Positions 10,335 through 20,741 are shown, counted from the stretch's first letter. The stretch: DNA of 64,000 nucleotides from Longimicrobiales bacterium (GCA_965202805.1 OZ241869.1:960001-1024000), one strand, 5' to 3'. Notes: generated by a model from the letters alone, not told the origin. Program-made: numbers and translations.

Positions 10335-12038
10335 TCAGAACGCCCGCAGGATGAGGAACGCGGCCAGCAGCACGGCGACCCAGAGCACCATGCTTCCGGT
10401 CGGCCAGGAGCGGGCCAGGGCGCCGTGCGGGCCGGTATGGCGGAAGGCGTTGCCGAGCGCCCAGTTGACTCCGCCCATGGCGACACCGCGAACGGTGGAG
10501 TCCGCCGTCCGGATCACCGATCCCACCCGCCGCACGATCGCCGGAGCCAGCTTCCTGTAGGTCCACTCCACGTCCAGGTTGACGGCGCGGATCTCGTCGG
10601 GATAGATGCGCATCAGACGGAACAGCACCACCGCGCCGATCGCGAAGGCCAGCAGCTGGAGCTGCGTCACCACGTGCGTGACGTCGTAGGGACTGTAGTC
10701 CACGTCGTACGGCAGGAGGTCGTAGAGCAGCCACGGCATCGAGCCGATCGCGATGCAGCCGACGGCGCCCACGGTCATGGCGGCGAGCATGTTCCAGGGC
10801 GGCTCGCGCGTGCGGATGCCCGAGTCGTGTGCGAAGAAGGCGAAGAAGGGGATCTTGATGCCGGCGTGCTCGACCACGCCCGCGGAGGCGAACAGCATCG
10901 CGAGCCAGATCCAGTAGTGGTGCTCCTCGAGCAGGGCGCTCATGATCAGCGCCTTGCTGACGAAGCCGTTGAAGAGCGGGACCGCCGAAATCGAGGCCGC
11001 TCCCACGATGCACAGCACCGTCGTCCACTTCATCGTCTTCCACAAGCCTCCAAGCTCGGAAGCCTTGGTGGTTCCCGTGCGATAGAGCACCGCGCCCATC
11101 GACATGAAGAGCAGGCCCTTGAAGAGCACGTCGTTGAAGGCGTGCGCGACGGCCCCGTTGAGGGCCTTCGCGGTTCCCACGCCCACGCCGCACACCATGA
11201 AGCCGATCTGGTTGATCATGCTGTAGGAGAGGACGCGCCTGAGGTCGTTCTCGATGACGGCGAAGAAGATGGGGTAGCAGGCCATCACCGCGCCGACGTA
11301 GATGAGCAGTTCGGTTTCCGGGAAGCCGCGCGCAAGGGCGTACACCGCAACCTTCGTAGTGAACGCGCTCAGGAAGACGGTGCCCGTTGGCGTGCTCTCC
11401 GGATAGGCGTCGGTCAGCCAGTTGTGGACCAGCGGGAAGGCGCCCTTGACCGCGATGGCAAGGAAGATGAGCCATCCCGAGAGGCCCTCAAGCCCGATGT
11501 GGTCGAAGGAGATGCTCCCCGTCTGCGCGGCCCGCGCCATCGCCCCGGCCAGGAGCGCCACGCCCGACACCACCTGGATCACCAGGTAGCGCATGCCCGC
11601 CCTGCGCGCCCGCTCGGTGCCGCGCGCGAAGATGAGGAACACCGAGCTGACGGCCAGCACCTCCCAGAAGAGGAAGAGCGTGATCAGGTCGCCCGCAAAC
11701 ACCGCGCCCAGCCCGCTCCCCGCGTAAACGAGCGCCGCGGTGTGCTGGAGGGTCGCGGAATCCTCCTTCTTCAGATGCAGCGAGTAGAGGATGGCGATGA
11801 ACGCACCGAGGTGGAACAGATAACCGAAGAGCAGGCTCAATCGGTCGGCTCGAACAAGCGACAGCTCGTAGCCGAGGATGCCCAGGGAGAGCCCGAAGTT
11901 CTCGGGGATGCCCGCCACGTTGAGCGCTCCCAGCACCGGGACGGCCAGCAGCAGGACGTAGCGCGGCCATCCGCGCACGAAGGGCACCAGCAGGGCGCCG
12001 GCAAAGAAGATTGCGAACGGAGGGAGGCTAGTCGGCAT
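10335..12038 (-). CDS. Na+/H+ antiporter subunit D-like (proton-antiporter membrane subunit)
   Basis: FLFWE, HNWLTDAYPE, LSAFTTK, FKGLLFM motifs. Confidence 0.9.
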   Translation of the reverse strand: MPTSLPPFAIFFAGALLVPFVRGWPRYVLLLAVPVLGALNVAGIPENFGLSLGILGYELSLVRADRLSLLFGYLFHLGAFIAILYSLHLKKEDSATLQHTAALVYAGSGLGAVFAGDLITLFLFWEVLAVSSVFLIFARGTERARRAGMRYLVIQVVSGVALLAGAMARAAQTGSISFDHIGLEGLSGWLIFLAIAVKGAFPLVHNWLTDAYPESTPTGTVFLSAFTTKVAVYALARGFPETELLIYVGAVMACYPIFFAVIENDLRRVLSYSMINQIGFMVCGVGVGTAKALNGAVAHAFNDVLFKGLLFMSMGAVLYRTGTTKASELGGLWKTMKWTTVLCIVGAASISAVPLFNGFVSKALIMSALLEEHHYWIWLAMLFASAGVVEHAGIKIPFFAFFAHDSGIRTREPPWNMLAAMTVGAVGCIAIGSMPWLLYDLLPYDVDYSPYDVTHVVTQLQLLAFAIGAVVLFRLMRIYPDEIRAVNLDVEWTYRKLAPAIVRRVGSVIRTADSTVRGVAMGGVNWALGNAFRHTGPHGALARSWPTGSMVLWVAVLLAAFLILRAF

Positions 12039-12369
12039 CGTAGTAGTCCTCCGACCGCATCACGATGCGCCTGAGCCCCTTGGCGGCCAGGATCAGGCCC
12101 GCCACCCCGAAGAGCCCCCACAGCGGGTAGAACGCCTTGAGGTTCTCCCAGGGATGTTCGATGTACCGGTCCACGAAGAAATCGGCGATCACCAGACCGG
12201 CGGAAATCACGAAGAACGTGCCCAGGATGATGCGCGTCGCCTTCGGGCCGACGCTCGAGGGCGGGTGTCCGGCATCGTGCCCGTCGTGACCGCCGCCATC
12301 GGAGCCGTGGTCGGACGGACGCCCGGATCCGTAGCCGCTGTCGTGAACCGAGTCTCGCCTGTTCATCAC
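12028..12369 (-). CDS. Small 2-TM protein of the Mrp cluster
   Basis: Two TM helices, FY..WG and MRSEDYYD tail; overlaps flanking genes. Confidence 0.75.
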   Translation of the reverse strand: MMNRRDSVHDSGYGSGRPSDHGSDGGGHDGHDAGHPPSSVGPKATRIILGTFFVISAGLVIADFFVDRYIEHPWENLKAFYPLWGLFGVAGLILAAKGLRRIVMRSEDYYDAD

Positions 12370-12403
12370 GTCACCCCTGCTTCATCGTGCTTCCTGCCCG
12401 CGC

Positions 12404-13879
12404 TCATGGCCCCGCCACCATCGAAATCAGCTGGAAGAAGGGGTCCGGGTACACGAAGAGCGCGAAACAGCACAGGCTCGTGATGACGATCGCGATCAGC
12501 GAAGGGAGCGGCGCCTCGTGTATTCCTCCGTTCGCGTGCCCGTGTCCGTGGGGGTTGGAAGCCGGGCTGAAGAACGCCCTCACCGGCACGATCATCAGAT
12601 ACCCGATGGACAGCAGTGAACTCACCATCAGCACCGCCACCAGCCCCACCTGGCCCGCGTCCAGCGCCCCGAGACCCAGGAACCACTTGCTCCAGGTGCC
12701 GCCCGCGGGCGGCAATCCGATAATGGAGAGCGTCCCCACGAAGAAGGCGGCGAAGGTGACGGGCATGGTGCGCCCCAGGCCCTTCATGTCGCTGATCTCG
12801 GTCTTGTGCGCGGCCACCATGACCGCGCCCGCGCAGAAGAACAGGGTGATCTTGCCGAAGGCGTGCATGACGATGTGCATGCCGCCGCCGATGATCCCCA
12901 TGGTGTTGGCCAGCATGGCGCCCAGGACCACGTAGGAGAGCTGGCTGATGGTCGAGTAGGCCAGCCGCGCCTTCAGGTTGTCCTTCCGGAAGGCGACCAG
13001 GGACGCCAGGATGATGGTCGCGGCGGCCACCCACATGAGCCAGACGCTCGCGCCCAGCTGTGTGAGGAAGTCGATGCCGAAGACGTAGATGGTGACCTTG
13101 AGGATGCTGAACACCCCCGCCTTCACCACCGCCACCGCGTGCAGCAGCGCGCTGACCGGGGTGGGCGCCACCATGGCCGCGGGCAGCCAGCGGTGGAAGG
13201 GCATCACCGCCGCCTTGCCGATGCCGAAGACGTAGAGCGCCAGCAGCACCGCCACCACGCCCGCCCCCGCCCTGCCCTCCAGGATTCCGCCCATCTCGAA
13301 GTCGATGGTTCCGGTCAGCAGGTAGGTCCAGATGATGGCGAACAGCTGGAAGGCGATCGACGTGCTGAGCAGGATGCCCAGGTAGACCCGCCCCGCCCGC
13401 TTCGCCGCGTCGGTCCCCGCGTGCGTGACCAGCGGGAAGGTGGAGAGCGTCAGCGCCTCGTAGAAGATGAAGAGCGTGAACAGGTTCCCCGCGAAGGCGA
13501 CCCCCATGGTGCAGGAGATGGCCAGCGCGAAGAAGATGTAGAACCGGGTCTGGTTCTGCTCGTGATGCCCGCGCATGTAGCCGATGGCGTAGAGCGTGGT
13601 CACGATCCAGAGACTGCCCGCCACCAGGGCGAAGATCATCCCCAGCGGCTCGACCTCGAGTTCCAGGGGGATGCCGGGGAGGGGCTCCGCCAGCACGAGG
13701 CGGGGGATTTCGCCCGCGGCCACCGCGCGGTGGATCTGCATCACCACCCCCAGCAGAACCCCGCCGGTAATCAGCGATGCCGCCTCGCGCAGGTTGGGCT
13801 GCGCGCGCAGGAGCCCCACGAGTCCCGCCCCGACCGCGGGGATGACGAGGGCGAGAAGCGCCAGCTCGCCGGGGTTCAC
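12404..13879 (-). CDS. mrpD: Monovalent cation/H+ antiporter subunit D family
   Basis: HRWLPAAMVAPTPVSALLHAVAVVKAG. Confidence 0.92.
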   Translation of the reverse strand: MNPGELALLALVIPAVGAGLVGLLRAQPNLREAASLITGGVLLGVVMQIHRAVAAGEIPRLVLAEPLPGIPLELEVEPLGMIFALVAGSLWIVTTLYAIGYMRGHHEQNQTRFYIFFALAISCTMGVAFAGNLFTLFIFYEALTLSTFPLVTHAGTDAAKRAGRVYLGILLSTSIAFQLFAIIWTYLLTGTIDFEMGGILEGRAGAGVVAVLLALYVFGIGKAAVMPFHRWLPAAMVAPTPVSALLHAVAVVKAGVFSILKVTIYVFGIDFLTQLGASVWLMWVAAATIILASLVAFRKDNLKARLAYSTISQLSYVVLGAMLANTMGIIGGGMHIVMHAFGKITLFFCAGAVMVAAHKTEISDMKGLGRTMPVTFAAFFVGTLSIIGLPPAGGTWSKWFLGLGALDAGQVGLVAVLMVSSLLSIGYLMIVPVRAFFSPASNPHGHGHANGGIHEAPLPSLIAIVITSLCCFALFVYPDPFFQLISMVAGP

Positions 13880-15354
13880 GGAGCACCTCCCAGCAGGGCG
13901 CGCGCCGCCTGGCCGGCGACGCTGGTGGTGAGGGTGGCGTCGATGCCGAAGTAGAGGTTGGCGGCGATGAGCGCCCAGGTGGGCACCAGCAGCGAGAGCG
14001 GCGCCTCGGTAGCGGACTCGGCGCGCGCGGACGGGTCACCGAAGTAGACGGCCTCAACCACCCGCCAGATGTAGACGACCGCCATGGTCGAGGTGACGAG
14101 CACCAGCGCCGCCACCGGCCACATCCCCTGTTCGAGCGCCCCCAGCACCAGGAACCACTTGCTGACGAAGCCCACTGTGAGCGGCACCCCGATGAGGCTG
14201 AGGCCGCCGGCGGTGAAGGCGGCCATCGTCCAGGGCATGCGCCGGCCGAGGCCGCGCAGGGCGTCGATGTGGACGGAGCCCACGCGATACATCACGCACC
14301 CGAGCGCGAGGAAGAGCGCCCCCTTCATGAGCGCGTGGTTGAAGAGGTGAAGGGTGGCTGCCGTCAGCCCGGTCACAGAGGCGAAGCTGATCCCCAGGAT
14401 GATGTAGCCGATCTGGGCGACGCTCGAGTAGGCCAGCATGCGCTTCACGTTGCCCTGGAAGATCGCCACCAGCGACATGGTGAAGATCGCGACCAGGGCG
14501 AGCGGAAGCAGCCACATCCCGAGCCTCAGGTCCCCGAAGGAATAGGCGGCGCCGAAGACGGTGAAGAAGAAGCGCAGCAGCACGTACACGGCCACCTTGG
14601 TGGCGGTGGCGGCGAGGAATGCCGTGACCGCCGAGGGCGCGAAGGTGTACGCGTTGGGAAGCCAGAGATGCAGCGGGAAGAGCGCCAGCTTGAGGCTGGT
14701 GCCGACCGTGAGGAAGGCGAACGCCACCAGGATGGTCCGCTCGCCGTGCAGCGCCGGGAGGCGCTCGGCCAGGTCGGCCAGGTTCAGGGTGCCGGTCTCG
14801 ACGTAGAGCAGCCCGATGCCGATCACGATGAAGCTCGCTCCCACGCTGCCCATGATCAGGTAGCGGAAGGCCGAAACCAGCGCGCGCCGGTCCGAGCCCA
14901 TCGCGATCAGGGCGTAGGCCGAGAGCGAGGAGATCTCCAGGAAGACGAAGATGTTGAAGGCGTCGCCCGTGATGGCGATGCCCAGGAGCCCGCACAGGCA
15001 CAGCATCCAGGCCCCGTAGAAGAGGGGGATGCGGCGCCCGTCCAGTTCGCGCTCCACGCTCTTGAGCGCGAAGGGCGTCACGATCACGCCGATGCCGGCG
15101 ACGATGAGCAGCACCAGGGCATTGACGGCGTCGATCCGGTACTCGATTCCCCAGGGGGCGGCCCATCCCCCGAGCGCGTAGCGGATCTCCTCGCCCTCCA
15201 GAACGCGGGACAGCAGCCCGATGGCGGCGAAAAAGGCGGCCACCGAGCCCGCGAACGCGATCCCCCACGAAACCCGCTTCCAGGGAACCAGAACGCACAC
15301 GGCGGCCGCCAGCAGGGGCACGACGATCTGAATGGCGGGGAGGTGCGCGCTCAT
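13876..15354 (-). CDS. mrpD: Monovalent cation/H+ antiporter subunit D family
   Basis: DAFNIFVFLEI, HLWLPNAY, KRMLAYSS, NHALMKG. Confidence 0.93.
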   Translation of the reverse strand: MSAHLPAIQIVVPLLAAAVCVLVPWKRVSWGIAFAGSVAAFFAAIGLLSRVLEGEEIRYALGGWAAPWGIEYRIDAVNALVLLIVAGIGVIVTPFALKSVERELDGRRIPLFYGAWMLCLCGLLGIAITGDAFNIFVFLEISSLSAYALIAMGSDRRALVSAFRYLIMGSVGASFIVIGIGLLYVETGTLNLADLAERLPALHGERTILVAFAFLTVGTSLKLALFPLHLWLPNAYTFAPSAVTAFLAATATKVAVYVLLRFFFTVFGAAYSFGDLRLGMWLLPLALVAIFTMSLVAIFQGNVKRMLAYSSVAQIGYIILGISFASVTGLTAATLHLFNHALMKGALFLALGCVMYRVGSVHIDALRGLGRRMPWTMAAFTAGGLSLIGVPLTVGFVSKWFLVLGALEQGMWPVAALVLVTSTMAVVYIWRVVEAVYFGDPSARAESATEAPLSLLVPTWALIAANLYFGIDATLTTSVAGQAARALLGGAP

Positions 15355-15755
15355 GCCCTCGCTCCCTCGGCCGCCTCGTCGGCGAGCACCTGTTCCTGGA
15401 TCTCGTCCTCCTCGACGGTGCCGTAGGTCTCCCTGATGCGCACCACCAGCGCGAGCGCCATCGCCATGGTCGCCACGCCCACCACGATCGCGGTGAGCAT
15501 GAGCACGTGCGGGAGGGGATTGGAGTAGAGCACCTCCGCGCCCGCCTCCCCTGCCCCGTGGTCATCCCCGATCAGGATCGGCGCGGTCCCGCCGACGATC
15601 TTCCCGGTGCTCACGTAGAAGATGATCACCGAGGTCTGGAAGATGTTCAGCCCGATAACCTTCTTGACCAGGTTGCCTCGGGAGATGAGGGCGTAGAAGC
15701 CCACCATCATCAGGAAGATGACCACCCAGTAGTTGAACAGGCCGAGAACTTCCAT
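15351..15755 (-). CDS. mrpC: Mrp subunit C
   Basis: NLVKKVIGL and NPLPHVLMLTAIVVG. Confidence 0.93.
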   Translation of the reverse strand: MEVLGLFNYWVVIFLMMVGFYALISRGNLVKKVIGLNIFQTSVIIFYVSTGKIVGGTAPILIGDDHGAGEAGAEVLYSNPLPHVLMLTAIVVGVATMAMALALVVRIRETYGTVEEDEIQEQVLADEAAEGARA

Positions 15756-16178
15756 CTACCCGGCCCTCCGTCTTCCGGCGAAGCCGTAGAAGAGGGTGAC
15801 CATGACCCCGAAGACGGTCACGAGGACCCCGAGCTCGACGAGCAGAATGCCGATGTGCTGGGCGTGGCTGGCGTCGTGCAGGAGAACGCCGTAGTCGAGG
15901 TAGTTTCCGCCCATCAGCATCGCCACCACCCCGACGCCGCCGAAGATCAGCACCCCCAGGGTGCCGCACCACATCACGACGCCCATGGGCAGGACCGCTT
16001 TTGCCCGGTCGAGTCCGAAGACCAGGGCGTAGAGGATCACCCCCGCCGCGAAGATGACGCCCGCCTGGAAGCCGCCCCCCGGCCCGTAGTCGCCGTGGAA
16101 CTGGACGTACAGGGCGAAGAGCAGGATCGGCCCGATAAGGATCTTGGCGGCGATGCGCAGGATGATCTGGTCTCTCAT
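15756..16178 (-). CDS. mrpB: Mrp subunit B
   Basis: HGDYGPGGGFQAG motif. Confidence 0.92.
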   Translation of the reverse strand: MRDQIILRIAAKILIGPILLFALYVQFHGDYGPGGGFQAGVIFAAGVILYALVFGLDRAKAVLPMGVVMWCGTLGVLIFGGVGVVAMLMGGNYLDYGVLLHDASHAQHIGILLVELGVLVTVFGVMVTLFYGFAGRRRAG

Positions 16179-16786
16179 GACGCGCCGTCCGGATCGTCGT
16201 TCCCATCGCTCGCGCCGCGCGCTCCCGCTCCACGCCGTCTTCCCGTGCCGACGAAAAGAAGCAGGACTCCCACCATGGCGGCGAAGACGACGGTGGTCTC
16301 GCCCAGCGTGTCGTAGCCGCGATAGCTGGCCAGCACGGTGGTCACGATGTTCGGGATGTGCACCTCGAGCGCTTCGTCCCCCGGCCCGGCGAGGGGTACG
16401 TGGTCGGCCAGGTACTCGGGCGCGACGTGGCCGTGGATGGGGTTGTCGGGCTGGCCCCATCTGGGAAGGTCGTATGTGCCGTACACCAGCATGCCGCCGG
16501 TGACGAGCACGATCAGCAGGGGAATCAGCGGCGACTTCGCGTGGCGTTTCTGCCGGGTTCCCACCAGCGCCACCGTGCCGAGCGCCAGGATGGTCGATAC
16601 GCCGGCGCCCACCGCCACCTCCGTGAACGCCACGTCCACCGCGTCGAGCACGACGAACAGCGCGGCCGACAGGAAGCTGTAGATGCCCATCAGCATCACC
16701 ACGGCAACAAGATTGCGCACCCGCAGGACGGCGATCGCGGTCACGGCCAGCAGCCCGAGGAGCGCGAGGTCGACGGCGGATTCCAT
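16175..16786 (-). CDS. Mrp DUF4040/MnhB-type subunit (corresponds to the MrpA C-terminal part)
   Basis: DAVDVAFTEVAVGAG and PNIVTTVLASYRGYDTLGE. Confidence 0.88.
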   Translation of the reverse strand: MESAVDLALLGLLAVTAIAVLRVRNLVAVVMLMGIYSFLSAALFVVLDAVDVAFTEVAVGAGVSTILALGTVALVGTRQKRHAKSPLIPLLIVLVTGGMLVYGTYDLPRWGQPDNPIHGHVAPEYLADHVPLAGPGDEALEVHIPNIVTTVLASYRGYDTLGETTVVFAAMVGVLLLFVGTGRRRGAGARGASDGNDDPDGAS

Positions 16787-16787
16787 C

Positions 16788-17108
16788 TCAGTCCCCTCCC
16801 TCGTCCTCGTGCACGACGGGCTCGACCTTGCCGTGCAGGGCGGCCTTGGCCAGCGCATGGGTCGCAACCGGACTGGTGAACCACAGGAAGCCGAGGATCA
16901 TCGCGAGGCGCAGCGTCACGCCGTCGAACCCCGTCTGCAGCATGAGCCCGGTGAGGATGAAGAAGCTGCCCATGGTGTCGGTGAGTCCGGCCGCGTGCAT
17001 GCGCGTGAAGACATCGGGCATGCGCAGGACGCCGATGCCGCCGACGACCACGAAAAAGCTGCCGAGGAGCAGGAGCGCGGGGCTGAGGTAGTCGAGGACC
17101 ATCTCCAT
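16788..17108 (-). CDS. mrpG: Mrp subunit G
   Basis: RMPDVFTRMHAA and TSPVATHALA. Confidence 0.92.
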   Translation of the reverse strand: MEMVLDYLSPALLLLGSFFVVVGGIGVLRMPDVFTRMHAAGLTDTMGSFFILTGLMLQTGFDGVTLRLAMILGFLWFTSPVATHALAKAALHGKVEPVVHEDEGGD

Positions 17109-17401
17109 CAGCCGGACTCCGTCTCGCCGGGATGGGGCCCTGATGCGCCCAGGCTCCCGAACTGAAAGAACTTCAGCACCGCGATCGTGCCGATGAAGTT
17201 GAGCAGCCCGTATGCGAGCGCCAGGTCCAGGAATTCGGGCCGACCCGTGAAGAACCCGATGAGCGCGATGGTGAGGACGGTCTTGGTGCCGAACATGTTG
17301 ACCGCCAGGACGCGGTCGTAGACGGTGGGCCCGAGGAGCGCGCGAACCATGGCCATGCCCATGGTGACGAGCACGGCGATCGAGGCGCCGACCACCATCA
17401 T
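17108..17401 (-). CDS. mrpF: Mrp subunit F
   Basis: GPTVYDRVLA and DLALAYGLLNFIG. Confidence 0.92.
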   Translation of the reverse strand: MMVVGASIAVLVTMGMAMVRALLGPTVYDRVLAVNMFGTKTVLTIALIGFFTGRPEFLDLALAYGLLNFIGTIAVLKFFQFGSLGASGPHPGETESG

Positions 17402-17889
17402 GACGCGCCTTCCAGGCGGCACACCCGACGATCCATCTCGCCCTCCTCTGTTCCGTCCAGCGCCTCCTCGGTAAGGGCGTGGATGCGGAATCCCTCGGCA
17501 TCCAGGCGCACCGTGATGGTGCCCGGCGTCAGGGTGATGGAGTTGGCGTAGATGAAGCGCCCCAGATCCGTCTTCTGATGCCCGTGGAAGTCAACGACCC
17601 GGGGCTGGATGGGCAGCCGCGGCGAGAGGATGACGCGGGCCACGGCGAGGTTCGACCTGAAGACCTCGACCACGAGCCAGGGGAGATAGAAGAGGAGCCC
17701 CAGGACGACGTGGAAGGGGGCCCCTTCCCTGTCGGGCAACTGCATCCTGGTCACCAGCAGCGCCACGCCCACGACCGACGCCGCGCCCAGACTGAGGAGC
17801 AGCGTTGTGTAGTGTCCCGACATGAGCAGCCACATGGCGTACCACAACAGGCACAGGCCGGCTACGTGCGCGACGGGACGTTGGGTCAA
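17398..17889 (-). CDS. mrpE: Mrp subunit E (start uncertain)
   Basis: ANSITLTPGT and IHAL motifs. Confidence 0.9.
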   Translation of the reverse strand: MTQRPVAHVAGLCLLWYAMWLLMSGHYTTLLLSLGAASVVGVALLVTRMQLPDREGAPFHVVLGLLFYLPWLVVEVFRSNLAVARVILSPRLPIQPRVVDFHGHQKTDLGRFIYANSITLTPGTITVRLDAEGFRIHALTEEALDGTEEGEMDRRVCRLEGAS

Positions 17890-17938
17890 AAGCGAATGCG
17901 GGCGGCTGGGGGAGGCAGGGGGTTCGGCGACGGGCAAC

Positions 17939-18517
17939 CTACCAAGTGGACTGTGCCCCGTCAATGATCAGCTGGGCCAGTCGTTCGATCGCCTCTTCGC
18001 GGGCCACTTCCTCGGTTTCGGACGCTTCCAGGAACTGCCCCTGCGCGCTGAGGCCGCCGTTCTCCCACAGGATCTCGTTGTTGACCACGTCGATCAGCTC
18101 GACCTGAAGGCTGATGCTCACCTGCCGCTGCAGCACCTCGGGGCCGCCGCCCCTGTCCCCGGCGCGAAAGTTGGGGGTCCGGAGGTCGTAACGGCTGATG
18201 GTGCCGCGCAGGATCGCGTCCGCGTTTTCTTCCGCACCCTGGTTGACGCCCAGGCCTCTGGGAACCTCGCGCAGCAGGAACTGGTGGATTTCCTGGGTGA
18301 TCTCGAAGAGGCCGGTCTCGTTGTCGAAGGGAAGGATCGCCAGGCTCCGGATGTGATCCGGAAAACTGCCCCCTCGAAAGCTGTAGTTGCATCCCGACAG
18401 CACCACCGTGGCCAGAAGCGCCGCGCGCCACGCTACAAGGGAGAGGGTCGGGGCAACGGCGGGTCGTCCGCCGGCGGGGCGTTTCGATCTGGACGGGATT
18501 CGCGGACTCACGCTCAC
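17939..18517 (-). CDS. lptE: LptE-family LPS assembly lipoprotein
   Basis: Lipobox LSGC followed by YSF.G...P.HIRSLAILPFDNET. Confidence 0.75.
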   Translation of the reverse strand: MSVSPRIPSRSKRPAGGRPAVAPTLSLVAWRAALLATVVLSGCNYSFRGGSFPDHIRSLAILPFDNETGLFEITQEIHQFLLREVPRGLGVNQGAEENADAILRGTISRYDLRTPNFRAGDRGGGPEVLQRQVSISLQVELIDVVNNEILWENGGLSAQGQFLEASETEEVAREEAIERLAQLIIDGAQSTW

Positions 18518-19224
18518 TCCTGGTTGCGGGGGAACCAGATGTCGGACGGATACGGCTCCACGCTTTCGACCGTGTCGAGCGTGAAGGTCAGCTCGCGGAA
18601 GTCGATGAGATTGCGGTAGGTCGCTTCGGTCGGAAAGCCATCCCGCAAGGGGAGCGACAGGGAGAGCCGGTCCACCGTCTCGCCGCCGCGCAGGAGAGCG
18701 AGGGCGGCCACGTCGCCGTTGCCGTCCACTTCGTACAGGAGATCCGGCCGGCTGCTCGAGTCATAGCTGAGATGAAACGTCCCGTCGTCCGCCTCCCATC
18801 CCTGGGCCAGGCGGTAGTCGCCTCCGGGGCGAAAGATGCCGAGGGAGGACCAGAAAAGAGCGGGCGGCGGGACCAGCTCGCCCGAAGCGCCTTCGGGAAG
18901 CCGGAGGTCGTCGCCCACGAGAGCCGCGCGCAGGACGGTCTCGCCCCGCCCCGTGAAGAGGTCCAGCCGCGCGCGGTAGGGGGGCTCCAGACGGGCGACC
19001 CCGCGCCCACCCGAGCGCAGCCCCGGTTCGCGCACGCTCCAGTCGAAGATGAGCCGCACCGGGGTGGTCAACTGCGAGCGTGCCTCGACCAGCAGCGCGC
19101 GGCGGTGGTAGTCGACGGTGGACGAGGCCGGGGGCGGCGGCAGAGGGACCTGCTGCAGCCAGCAGCTCGCGGTCAGCATGGCGCCGGCGAGGACAGACAC
19201 GCGCCGGAAGCGGGAACAGCTCAT
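18514..19224 (-). CDS. Hypothetical lipoprotein
   Basis: Lipobox LTASC; beta-rich; overlaps the lptE start. Confidence 0.7.
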   Translation of the reverse strand: MSCSRFRRVSVLAGAMLTASCWLQQVPLPPPPASSTVDYHRRALLVEARSQLTTPVRLIFDWSVREPGLRSGGRGVARLEPPYRARLDLFTGRGETVLRAALVGDDLRLPEGASGELVPPPALFWSSLGIFRPGGDYRLAQGWEADDGTFHLSYDSSSRPDLLYEVDGNGDVAALALLRGGETVDRLSLSLPLRDGFPTEATYRNLIDFRELTFTLDTVESVEPYPSDIWFPRNQE

Positions 19225-19290
19225 ACGGAATCGCGGTTTCAAGGCCGATGCGCTTGCCAGTGTGGGGACCACTGCCTACAACGATAATCG

Positions 19291-20094
19291 ATGTCAGACC
19301 GGAATCCGAGACCGAATCCCAGGAAGCCGCGGGGAGGTCGTTTGCCGGCCGGAAGGCCTGCCTACGTGGTGAGCGACGCCCACCTCGGGGCGGTGCCGGG
19401 CGCGCGCGCCGCCGATCTCGCGGACTGGTTGCGGTACGTGCGCGAACGCGCGTCGCACGTGGTGCTGAACGGCGACATCTTCGACTTCTGGTTCGAGTAC
19501 CGGAGCGCTATTCCGCGCGGGCACGTGCGTGTGCTCGGCGCGATCGCCGAGGTTGTGGACGCCGGCGTGCCGGTCACCTTTCTGGGAGGAAACCACGACT
19601 GGTGGGGCGGCCCCTGCCTGGCGGAAGAGATCGGGGTGTCCTTCCACCGCGCCCCCGTCCGCACGTCCCTCGCCGGGCGAAACGCCTACATCGCGCACGG
19701 CGACGGGCTGGGCCGGGGCGACTACGGCTATCGGGTCGCGAGCGGAATCCTCAGGTCGCGCGTCTTCCGCCGCGTTTTCCGCTGGCTCCATCCGGACCTC
19801 GGCGGCCGGCTGGCCACGTTTCTCTCCAGGACCGAAAGGCACGAACGGCGTCCCGGGGAAGGAAACCGCCAGCGCGCCAGGGCGCTCGAGGCGCTTGCGG
19901 TACGGAAGCTGGAGCGTGACGAGACCCTCGACATCGTGTTGTTCGGGCACACCCATGTCGCTGCAGTGGTGGAGGTTGCGGGCCGCTACTACGTGAACGC
20001 CGGCACGTGGATGCGCGAGCGATCCTATGCGGTGGTCGAAGCCTCGGGACCCCCGCGCATCGAGCACTGGAAGGACGGGCCGCCCGCGGACTAG
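19291..20094 (+). CDS. lpxH: UDP-2,3-diacylglucosamine diphosphatase
   Basis: SDAHLG, GDIFDFW, GNHD, HGDG, GHTH metallophosphoesterase motifs. Confidence 0.88.
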   Translation: MSDRNPRPNPRKPRGGRLPAGRPAYVVSDAHLGAVPGARAADLADWLRYVRERASHVVLNGDIFDFWFEYRSAIPRGHVRVLGAIAEVVDAGVPVTFLGGNHDWWGGPCLAEEIGVSFHRAPVRTSLAGRNAYIAHGDGLGRGDYGYRVASGILRSRVFRRVFRWLHPDLGGRLATFLSRTERHERRPGEGNRQRARALEALAVRKLERDETLDIVLFGHTHVAAVVEVAGRYYVNAGTWMRERSYAVVEASGPPRIEHWKDGPPAD

Positions 20095-20741
20095 TCCCGG
20101 AAAAACTCCGGTGTCCAGGGCAGCGACAGACCGACCTCGAACGCCGTGCCGGAAGGACCGGCGACCGGTTCCACCGTCAGGGGCGCGGGAAAATCGGCCA
20201 GGTGGGCCGAGACGAAGCCGTCGGCTCCCCCGAAGAAGGTGAAGAAGACAAGCAGTGCGACCCAGTCCTCCAGCTGCTCGTCGCGGGCGGTCGCCAGCAG
20301 GCGAATGTCCTCGATGCGCTCGTCGGCCGCCAACTCCGCCTCGATGGCCTCCGGGTCGACGCCGCCGCGCAGAAGCTCGGCAGTCTTCGCATCCTCGAGC
20401 ATCCGCTGCTGCCGTCGCGCGGTGCCGCGTAGCGAGTGGGTCTTGTAGGCCATCCACACGTTGCCCGCCTGGGCGAGGAAGTAGAAAGCCGCGCGGCCGT
20501 ACGAGCCTGAGGACGCCTGTCCCCAGCCGGGGACGAGGACGCTGCGCAGGAAGGCGCCGCCGGGGGATGGGCGGCCCGTGGATGCCGACGCTTCAACCGA
20601 ATCCGCCGCTCCGGGCACGGCGTTCGCCGGCGCTTCCTGGGCGCCTGCGTCTCCGGGCATGACCAGGGCGGCCATCGCCACTGCGGTAGCCGCAAGCACC
20701 CGCGCCGCGGGAGCAGAGCGCTGACGGGACGGAGGGTGCAT
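20091..20741 (-). CDS. DUF5683-like membrane/secreted protein
   Basis: AFLRSVLVPGWGQ and ADGFVSAHL motifs; signal-like N-terminus. Confidence 0.7.
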   Translation of the reverse strand: MHPPSRQRSAPAARVLAATAVAMAALVMPGDAGAQEAPANAVPGAADSVEASASTGRPSPGGAFLRSVLVPGWGQASSGSYGRAAFYFLAQAGNVWMAYKTHSLRGTARRQQRMLEDAKTAELLRGGVDPEAIEAELAADERIEDIRLLATARDEQLEDWVALLVFFTFFGGADGFVSAHLADFPAPLTVEPVAGPSGTAFEVGLSLPWTPEFFRD

